NCBI GenBank assembly: GCA_951406725.2
Contig: OX597815.1
Location: 117,490,001-117,554,000, forward strand
Source of the DNA: Octopus vulgaris
Lineage: Eukaryota
DNA: 64,000 nt
Reading direction: 5' to 3'
Both the position numbers and the translations under genes were made by a program. This document shows, piece by piece, positions 53,111 through 64,000 of this stretch (its first letter is position 1; each line of letters starts with the position of its first letter). Below the pieces are notes generated by a model. The model had not been told where the DNA came from and did not search any database. It was given only the letters and a program-made list of their open reading frames with translations.

Positions 53111-53884
53111 CAGGCGTAAACACACACACACACATGCGCGCGCGCGCACTGTTGTATCAAGAGAGGAAAAAATTACCGTAAAAGGCAAGTAAAGAAAAAA
53201 ACTGCAAAAGACTCATATCGTACGACTTATAGTGCGTGTATTTATCTGGCAAGAAAAAAAGAAAGAAAAAAGGACCATCCTGAGATATAACAAAATCTGT
53301 TTCAACACACGATTTCGCATCGAGAATCTTGCAAAACTAATTCATAAATGTAACTGCAAAAGAGATAGAAGGGAATTTGAACGGAGATTTGCGCTGAATG
53401 AATTAGAACGTGTGTGTCTAAGTGATTAGAAGGTAAAAAAAAAAACGGGAAAACTTAGAGAATAAGAGAAAGAGATAGAAGAAAATAGAAAAAGATAGGG
53501 ACAAAGAGAATTAATGGAACAAGTGAAGGATAAGAAGTTTTGGTCTCGAGAGACACGGAAGAAAAAAAAAAAGACAATATAATTAATGAATAATTAATGA
53601 ATTGACACGATATTCATATTTTAAGTTGTGAGTTTGAACTCATCTCCGTCTTGTATCTGTCTTCTGTTTTTTGGCCATCGGTGTTGGTTATTATGCGCAA
53701 GTTCATAACAAATACAGGAATAACAAGTGCCACCACTACTACCACCACCACAGTCGATAATACACACACATATGCTCATAATCACAAAGAAATATGCATG
53801 GGTATACAGTATAAACACACACACACACACACGTATACATATACATACATATATATATATATACATATATACACATATAAATAT

Positions 53885-53940
<56 letters not shown>

Positions 53941-54037
53941 TCATATATACATACACACACACATATACATATATACATCTCTCTCTTTAATATATATATA
54001 TATATATATATATACATACATACACACACAAATATAA

Positions 54038-54075
<38 letters not shown>

Positions 54076-55287
54076 TATATGCATATACACACACAGACGC
54101 ACACACACATATATACTTACATACGTACACACATACAGTGATACATGCTCTCTCACATATACATACAAGCACACACACACATACACACGTATCATCGAAG
54201 TAATGTATTAGTATTTCTCCAGAGAATTGTAAAGGCTACTTGTTCAGACGTTCCAACAATCATCTCTTTTGTGTGCAAACATATTTCAGGGTTTAATCAA
54301 TTATACAGATGGAAACCTACACATGCATACTGATGCACATAGATATAAGTACATCGACTCCTACCTATGTCTACACAAAGAAGCAAAACCGGAGCTATTC
54401 ACATACGACGTGTTTCTGAACATCTAGCCAATGGACAATAGAAACCAGTGTGTAGTTTCTCACGAACGCATTCGTACCCTCACGGATGTGTCTACATACA
54501 TACATATACATACATACATACATACATACATACATACATACATACATACATACATACATACTTACATACATACATACATACATACACACACGTATATATA
54601 AGCACATACGTACACACACACAGATATACATATACATAGAAAGACGTTTTTGTATAATTACATAACGAATGCATCTGTACGCGATCGCTCGATCTACTAG
54701 AAATAACAGCCCAATCTATTTAAATCATACCACAGCGTCTTAAAAAAGGAAGGATATATTGGACAACAAAAAAGACCGTGTGAATGTGTTTGGAATACTT
54801 TTTCTTTATCTTCTTTTATAGCCGGGTGGGAAGGCAGTGTCCATGATCCTTCACAAGGTCTCTGGGACTGGTGTGATTGAAGGATAGATGGAAGATGGAT
54901 AGAGAATGGATGGATGGAGGGGGAGGAAGTATTCTCAAATCGAAAACTTGGTCCGAATACTTCCAACAGAAAGGACTCTTCTAACAGCACCCAAGGAGCT
55001 TAGGTGATAGTATTAAAGCTGGTGCTGGATTGCCTACTATCACCCTTGTAGGTCATTGCGGGATTCGAATTCAGAAAAGAACAAATTGGTACCGTATTCA
55101 TATGCCACAAGGTATCTGGTCTGACATTCTTACAGTTCCACTAATCCATCACTCAAGATTGCTTTTGTCGATCCTCAAAAGGAGAAACGGCATAGTTGAT
55201 CTCGCTAGGATTCGAACTCAGGGCGAGGAGAGTCGAAACAAAAATCACGAGGCATTCTGTTTGATACCCTAACGAACCTTCCGATTC

Positions 55288-55520
55288 GCCGTCTAAAATC
55301 ATAGGTTTGCGCAGTCTGGTTGAGCAAGGGTTAATCAACAACTAACCTCGACGCACGCACACACACACACACATACACACACACACACACACACACAGCA
55401 GTAGTAACAGCAACAACAACTACAACAACAGCGTATGCTTATTTTCTTTTATGAGCCGTCTAAAATCACAGGTTTGCGCAGTCTGGTTGAGCAAGGGTTA
55501 ATCAACAACTAACCTTGACG

Positions 55521-55563
<43 letters not shown>

Positions 55564-55825
55564 AGAGCAGTAGTAACAGTAACAACAACTACAACAACAG
55601 CGTATGCTTATTTTCTTTTATGAGCAATTCGTCGCCTAAAATCACAGGTTTGCTCAGTCTGGTTGAGCAAGGGTTAATCAAAAACTTACACTTACAGACA
55701 CACATACATAAACACACAGCAGCAGGGGCAATAACAACAACAACAATAACGTCGACGACGACGACGACGACGACAATAACAACAACAATAACAACAACAG
55801 CGTATGCGTATTTTCTTTTATGAGC
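55288..55825 (+). repeat. Three tandem copies of a ~170-bp unit with internal (CA)n and (CAA)n
   Basis: ctaaaatca.aggtttgc.cagtctggttgagcaagggttaatcaa ... cagcgtatgc.tattttcttttatgag occurs three times. Confidence 0.92.
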
Positions 55826-56442
55826 AATTACTTAAGATGTCAACCGAAGTTATAAGAGGCTACTTCCGGTAGCGTTAACATTATTCTCTGAAATTTATGT
55901 AATTCAGCACATATGACAACTATGAGTTTACAGTGGACTTTATGAAACGCCCATTTATCATTAATAAGGCGAAGCTACACTTTATGCGGGAATTGAATCA
56001 ATGCAATAAAACACGACTCTCATATTGTTCTCTATTTTCATGATGAATTAATCAGAGGAGAAAAGACAGTGGCCATGACCCCTTTTCTAGGCCTCAGGTA
56101 CTGGCAGAGGAATAGGGGAATTTAGCTTCTTACCGGAAGCCAAGCCCAAACGCTTGTGATAGTGTAGACTCCACTAAATCTATCCAAGGCTCAGGTAGTG
56201 ATGTAAAACAAAGTAACGAATTAAATTTAGTACCGAAGAATTGGACGACTCCTTCGACAGGCTTCCATACCATTTCTACCCACAAAAGTTTGCTTAACAA
56301 GCTTTTGGTCGATTCAAGGGCTTTGGTAGAAAATATGTGCTACATTACCTAACCCCTTCACTGCGAAATTAAATTTCATGGTTATTTCACTAATGATGTT
56401 AAAATATTTACAGTAATAGTAATAATAATGATAATAATAATG

Positions 56443-57455
<1,013 letters not shown>

Positions 57456-57749
57456 GGTTGCGTGTGTAATCTGGGAATACATACAATGAGCTTCTCTGCC
57501 CTAGGTGTACGGAAAACATTCGGCGAGAAATGGAAGAAAATTTGAAGAAAGAAGGAAAAAAATAATAACAAATAAAATAAATAAACGAATAAATAAAATA
57601 AATACATGAATAAAGAATAAAAAAAATAAAACAAAATAAAAATAATAGATTTGGTATTTTCTGCAAGTCATGTTACCTCAGTAAATCTGACAGAGCTCAG
57701 AAAATATTTTCAAACTTGACATTCCTAAAAAAAGATAACGTAGGCAGTT

Positions 57750-57821
57750 TGTCTCATGGTGTAATGGTTAGCATTCTGGACTTTGAATCCAGCGATCCGA
57801 GTTCAAATCTCGGTGAGACCT
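57750..57821 (+). tRNA. trnQ: tRNA-Gln (anticodon TTG)
   Basis: TGTCTCA TG GTGT AATGGTTA GCAT T CTGGA CT-TTG-AA TCCAG CGAT CCGAG TTCAAAT CTCGG TGAGACC T; intact A and B boxes; T9 terminator at 57829-57837. Confidence 0.93.
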
Positions 57822-58139
57822 ACCGGGGTTTTTTTTTGTTCAGCCCATGCATGTATGGAAATCAGACAGTAGATGATGAAAGTATTTTATGATGATTGGT
57901 ATACAAAACGACTTTTCGCTGTTACAAATGATAAAATTTTGAGTGGATATATTTGATTTCCGCAGTAAAAAAACTTAAAAGACCACATCTGCCCGAATCT
58001 GTACTGTCTACATTATCCAAAGAACTTCATCGCCCCTTCATTGGAATTATCACCCATGGTTGATGGTTCTTGCTTTAGATTTTAAACGCTTCCTAGATAG
58101 AAAGTAAAGTTCACTAATTATTCTTGCTTTTTACTTTTT

Positions 58140-58530
58140 TCTCTTGTTTCAGTCATTTGACTGGGGTCATGCTGCTGCACCACCTTTTCGTCGAAGAAAT
58201 CGATCCCTGGACTTATTCTTTGTAAGCCTGATACTTATTCTATCGGTTTCTTCCTCCGAACTGCTAAGTTACGGGGGCGTAAACACACCAACATCGACTG
58301 TTAAGTGATAGTGGCGGGGGACAAACACAGACACGAAAGCACACACATAAATATATACATATATATACGACGGGCTTCTTTCAGATTTCTTCTACCAAAT
58401 CCACACACAAGGCTTTGGTCGGTCCGACGCTATAGTAGACGACACCCGACCAAGATGCCACGCTGTGGGGCTAAACCTGGAATCATGTGGTTGGGAAGCA
58501 AGGTTCTTAGCACACAGCCAAACCTGCGCC
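58140..58530 (-). mobile_element. Family-B SINE, near full length
   Basis: Same modules as 6105-6478. Confidence 0.87.
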
Positions 58531-58814
58531 TAATTACTTCAATAGTCTTAGATTATTACATATTGTAGAAAATACTTGCTCTGAATGCTGTGCTGTGATA
58601 TTGAACCTGAAATCACGTACACGCAAAGCAAATTTCTTGCCTTTTAATTAATGCTTGAGCATATTTTTCATCACCAAATTTATATTCGTCTTCAATCTTA
58701 TACAAATGGCCATGGCTGTATATATGTGCTTTGCTCTTAGATATTTATTAGCAGTTAGAAGTGATAACTATTTTTCTTTGTTTACAAACTTTTCTTCAAT
58801 ATCAATATTTAATA

Positions 58815-59012
58815 CTAGTTTCAAATTTTGGCAGAAGGCTTGCAGGTTTGGTGAGGACGAAAGTCGGTTACATCGACCCCCAATACTTAAATAGTACTTT
58901 TTTTATTGACCCCAAAAGGACGAAAAGTAAAGTCAGAATCTGAGCTCAGAATGTAAAAACGGACGAAAAACCACTAAACAATTTACCGGGCGTGCTAATG
59001 ATTCTGCCAGCT
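58815..59012 (-). mobile_element. Family-A SINE with a private deletion
   Basis: aaagtc-agaatctga lacks the consensus gacctcggcg segment. Confidence 0.85.
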
Positions 59013-59046
59013 CACTGAATTCCTGTTTCTTTTTAATATTGGAATG

Positions 59047-59319
59047 GATGGAAGGATGGAAGCCCCGTCGGTTACGACGAAGGTTCCGGTTGAGATCGAA
59101 AGTCAATTACATCGACCCCAATACTCAAATAGTACTTTTTTTATTGACCCCCAAAAGGATGAAAAGTAAAGTCAGAATCTGAACTCAGAATGTAAAAACG
59201 GACGAAATACCACTAAACAATTTACCGGGCGTGCTAATGATTCTGCCAGCTCTGGGAATCGAAACCGCGATCCTATGACCGCGAGTCCGCTGCCCTAACC
59301 ACTGGGCCATTGCGCCTCC
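59047..59319 (-). mobile_element. Chimeric SINE: tRNA-like head + copy of local flank + tail, 12-bp TSD
   Basis: TSD aatattggaatg at 59035-59046 and 59320-59331; head TGGAGGCGCAATGGCCCAGTGGTTAGGGCAGCGGACTCGCGG...TTCGATTCCCA; middle 59098-59251 duplicates 58858-59012. Confidence 0.8.
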
Positions 59320-60362
59320 AATATTGGAATGCGTATTCTTATAAAAGTCTATTAGATTTTCCATATGTTTTGTTCTCCAGCAATTGTTATCTTTATTACT
59401 TGTTTAATTTTGTTCGAACATAATCTATCACGAAAATATGAAATAAACTATATGCTTGTCTTTATTAATTTAGATTAGAACTTTATGAGGAATTTATTAG
59501 TGACATCACAATATTGCTCAATTATTTACCATATTTGATGGCATATTTAGAAAAAGGAAGTGACTAAAAAACCACCTCGGTTCCTATAAGCGAAGCTGCT
59601 TTATGTGGATTCATTTTTCCCGTACATGCTCTGCTGAAATTGGGGTGCATCTTTTATACCATCAAATACAGTACTTTTCCTTCAGCTTACGTAAATTGCT
59701 TGCCTGCGACTCGGTATGTAAAGCATGTAATAACATGGGTACAAGAAGGAAAATGTAAGAAGGATTGGCCGAAGAACTTCTGAAGCTGGACATTCCAGAA
59801 AGACCGCATAAATACGAGGACAGGTTGGGCAGGAGCGAAAATAACTGCGGTAGTTTGGCTACGCTGGAGGAAGCTTGCTTTGTTTATTTGTGCGTCTCAT
59901 GACGCTGCAGAAGACCTAAGTCTGTGAGTTTCAGTACATTTTCAGTAGTCTTTCTTTACTTGCTTCAGGCTTTGGGATGCGACCATGCTGTAGCACCTCT
60001 TGGAAAGGGCTTGCTTGAGCAATTTGACTCTATTTGTTCTCTTTTTTAAGTCAATTCTATTGATATCTTTTACTGAACCATTAAGGTAGGATATGTGAAC
60101 AAACCAACACCGGTGGTCAAGCCGTGTGGAAAGAAAGACGTGCATGGGCGCACATATATACATACATGGCAGGCTTCCCCGCTGTTTTCATTCACAAGGT
60201 ATTGGTCGGTTGGGGGCTATAGCAGAAGATACTTGCTTAATGTGCTGCGCAGAGTGGGACTGACCCCGAAACAAATTAGTTGTGAAGTGAACTTCTTAAC
60301 GATGCAGCTATGCCTGCACCTGGTTAATTGTTTTTTTTTCTTCTGAATATTATCAAGTGACA

Positions 60363-61010
60363 AAGGCGGCGAACTGGTGGAATCGTTCCCGCACCGGGTA
60401 AAATGCTTAGCGGCATTTCGTCCGTCTTTAAGTTCTGAGTTCAATTTCCGTCGAGGTCGATTTTGCCTTTCATCCTTTCTGGGTCGATAAAATGAGTACC
60501 AGTTGAACACTGGGATTGATGCAATCAACTTAGGCCTCCCCTAAAATTGCTGGCCTTATGCTAAAAGTTGAAGCCAATATTATCAAGTGACAAGGCGGCA
60601 AGTTGTCAGAATCGTTAGCACGCTGGGCGAAATGTTTAGCGGTATTTCGTCTGTCTTTATGTTCTGAGGTAAAATTCTGCTGTAATCGACTTTGCCTTTC
60701 ATCCTTTCGGGGTCGATAAATTAAGTATCAGTTGCGTACTGGGGTCGATCTAATCGACTAGCCCCTAGCCCCAAATTTCAGGCCTTGTGCCTATAGTAGA
60801 AGAGAAAAGAATCATTGATATGCTAGGCAAAATGCTGAGCGGCATCTCGCCCATCTTTACGTTCTGAGTTCAAATTCTACTGGAGTCGACTTTGCTTTTC
60901 ATCCTTTCGAGATCGGTAAAATAAGTACCAGTTGAACACAAGGGGCAATGTAAACGACTTGCCCCATCCACCGAAAGTTTTGGCTTTGTGCTAAAATTTG
61001 AAACCAATAT
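60363..61010 (+). mobile_element. Three head-to-tail family-A SINEs
   Basis: Copies ~60363-60575, 60592-60805, 60815-61010; aatattatcaagtgacaa at 60346-60363 and 60576-60593. Confidence 0.9.
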
Positions 61011-61897
61011 TTCCAGGCGACAGTGTTTGTTGTAATTTGGGAAAATTATAATTTCCCCTACGCTTTATCCTCTTGGGTGTTATATTTATCATGTCATAAT
61101 TATAACTGTCCATGAAATTAATATTTGTATTATAATGGGAAAATTCAATATGATTTAATGTAAAGGTGACATGATTTTAGATATTCATATCGTGGCTCTT
61201 ATTTCATAACGTGTATCTCGAATACATTTTTGTTTTTAATTCGAGGCTCCGTATCTAGTGTTTCCTTGACAACTAGTTCTGAATGATAATTTGAAAGGGA
61301 GATATGTTCCAGTATTTTTATTCTTTTGATTGACAGGGCAATCTGCGTGGGATGAAAGAAGCTGCTGCTGCTGCTGTTGTTGTTGTTGTTAAGGTTTAGC
61401 CTCACTTAAATCCTGATCGAACAGAACGATGATCAAAGACATTTTTTTAATGTAAAGAATTCAGGGTTACATTATCCAGCGGATCCGCTTCTAAAACAGT
61501 AGGATGTTATTTGAGGGTGATTTTGTTACTGTTTCTAGCAGATCGAATGACAACGTAGATGCTTCCTCGTTGGTTTGTATATCCTCATTGATTTTGAGGG
61601 TTTGTGGCATTTAGTTACAGTTAATTTACAGTCGGAGTTAAAACATAAATGGGATCAAATATACCTCCCCTCCTGGGTCGGTAAAATAAGCAGGGAATTC
61701 ACTTGATAAACCTCCTTCCTTACAATTTATGTCCTTTATGCCAATATGATTAATTGGTGTCATAAGTGATGATCTTTTTATTTTGATCTTACATGAAACA
61801 ATATGTCTGCTACTTTTGTTAAATACCTCCCTGCATTTATATTTGTTGTCGATACATACCAGTGCTCTAGAGGTGCACTAATATATTATAAATATTT

Positions 61898-62110
61898 ATT
61901 TCAAATTTTGGCACAAGGCCAGAAATTTAGGAGGAGGGGACAAGTCGATTGCATCGACCTTAGTGCTCAATTGGTACTTATTTTATCACCTCCAAAAGGA
62001 TAATAGGTAAAGTCGAGCTGAGCGGAATTTGAACTCAGAACGTTAAGACGAACGAAACGCCGCTAAGTATTTTGCCCGACATGCTAACAATTCTGACAGC
62101 TCACCTCCTT
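61898..62110 (-). mobile_element. Family-A SINE
   Basis: Head and core match on the minus strand. Confidence 0.85.
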
Positions 62111-62769
62111 TGTTTATTAATAAATATTGAAAACACTACATTGGACGAAAGAGTATCTAAATTATCTGAAACTACCATATTCAGCTAACATGCTAGAAGC
62201 AATAAATTGTGAATGAGCGTGGGAGAAAAACATCGTTGGCCAGTCGGATTACATTTTAGTTACAGGGTCTAGGTTTCCTGTGTAACTATCACATTTGTTG
62301 ATATTTCAAATGTTACGTAAAAGGAAAAAAGATAAGCAGGTAAACAAATATATTTTACTCTAAACTAAGGAGATTATATCAATTACTCGCGTTTATAGAC
62401 ATTCTTACATTTCAAATTGTTTCCAGCGTATTTTTTAGAAATTCTACTGTCAGAGAAGGAATGATGTAATTACTTATAGAATGTAAATAACTCTAGTTAA
62501 GGAAATGGAATTGCAGGGAATACAGAAGTATGTTTATCAGTATGAAGAATATAAACATTTTCAATCGGTCTACACTGTTGGTGCAGGATTAAGTATAGCT
62601 TTTTGTTGGTTCGTTTAGAGTTATTTTTCTTATATTGACTGGCAACATGTTACATTCAAATTTCACACTTGGGAAAACTTGGTTCTGTGATCTTAATGAC
62701 TTTCATTTAATATTCCAGAACAGGAAATGATCATCAAAGCTTTCCACTTATCCGTACGTCTAGCCATTT

Positions 62770-63110
62770 CCTCCGCCCACTAATCCTATGAGGATCGTGG
62801 TGGCAGAGTCCTCAGGTACCTCCGCGATAAGTTCCTTTCGGAAGCAACTGTCATTACACTTTCTGGATGGATTATCAAGCGTAACCTATAGAGGCCATGA
62901 ATATCATCCAGCCATTTCGTTCTTGACTTACTTTTCGGTTTCCTGCTCATTGGTTCGACTTGAAGAATCCATCGTGCGATTCTTTCTGGCGACATTCTAA
63001 TCATATGTCTGTAGTACTGGAGCTGTGACTTCTCAATACGGAGAAGCTGCAGTTCGACCTGGAGCGACTCTCTGCCGCGCAACGTTACTCCAGAGACCCT
63101 TCAGTGGAAC
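62770..63110 (-). mobile_element. RTE-clade LINE 3' fragment
   Basis: LLRIEKSQLQYYRHMIRMSPERIAR...RKPKSKSRTKWLDDI...LPPR, a degenerate form of the RTE QLRW.GH..RM...RGRP..RW.D motif. Confidence 0.78.
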
Positions 63111-64000
63111 CCATTTTATCATCCAATGAATAAAACCCCTAACTTAGTCAAGGTATGGAAATACTACATCTTTACTTAATTTGGACAACCAGAAGTATTG
63201 ATCTTATGTAAACAATAACAAGTCATAAGCTTCGAGTTATCAATTTACATCTGAGTTTTGGGTGACTTTCGAATTGGTTTACTTCAAGAACACTGACTAC
63301 AAAACGCTTTATCCTTACAGTTTTTCTCACTATATTTTAGAGTTCTGCTCTCTGATGTATATTTATCTTTTTATCAATATTTGCTTCTAATATATTTAGC
63401 CTTTTCGTCTATAAATGTAGATTTACCTCTTTTCCATTCTTTTTATGATTACAAAATCCTTGTTATAACCCTACATTTATTCAATTTTTGTAAATCTCTA
63501 TTGCAAATATTTACAATGGTGTTTATGCTAATTATTTCATTCTCGATAATGAGTTCATTTCTTTATATTAACCATATTTTTTAATATTGTCCTTCTGTCT
63601 TCCTCATGTGAGATGAATTAATATTTCTCACTCCATAAATGTCTTATTTATGTAATTTAAAGTTACGTTTTCATTCCAATGTTTTCTGAATGTAGTTTTA
63701 GAATATTTATTAAATTCCTTGCTTATATTTGGTATTTCTTATAGTTGGTATTTCTTGGCTGTTTGCATATGTGTGTCTGAGTGCAGATACATACATACAT
63801 ACATACATACATACATACATACATACATACATACATACATACATACATACATACATACATACATACACACATACATACGTACGTATGTATGTGTGTATGT
63901 ATGCAAAAGCACACACAATTTTACTTAAGTTTCAATAAGCCGCTGCAAGAGGAAACAAAAGAATTTCTCTCTGGCTCTCATCGGTTGTCAAGTTTTATGT

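Noticed and set aside
55288-55825. CRISPR-like repeat/spacer array
   Set aside because: The intervening parts are homologous microsatellites, not unique spacers; eukaryotic context, no cas genes.
59252-59319. tRNA-Arg-like sequence as a real tRNA gene
   Set aside because: No closing acceptor stem; it is a SINE head inside a TSD.

Overview
AT-rich, microsatellite-saturated eukaryotic DNA. The SINE families, the R4/RTE/CR1 LINE debris and the dense (TA)n/(TACA)n/(TATC)n tracts look like an Octopus (coleoid cephalopod) genome; this is inference from pattern recognition, not a database hit. Almost all ORFs in the supplied track are microsatellite or SINE artefacts. Well supported: a tRNA-Gln(TTG) gene; dozens of tRNA-derived SINEs from about three families; 5'-truncated R4/Dong, RTE and CR1 LINE remnants; decayed maT-like and Tc1 transposons; several MITEs; and a Helentron-type element. 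The most unusual object is a 2.0-kb element (39287-41294) bounded by a perfect 14-bp TSD inside a SINE tRNA head. It encodes only an L1/Tx1-type ORF1 with a zinc knuckle and has no ORF2 (HAL1-like). Also notable: SINE dimers sharing one junction, an internally deleted Dong element, two R4 lineages in different microsatellites, several locally templated insertions, and a candidate recursive splice site. Host-gene evidence is limited to low-confidence candidate exons and an NF-Y/RFX promoter-like island; no host protein could be identified.
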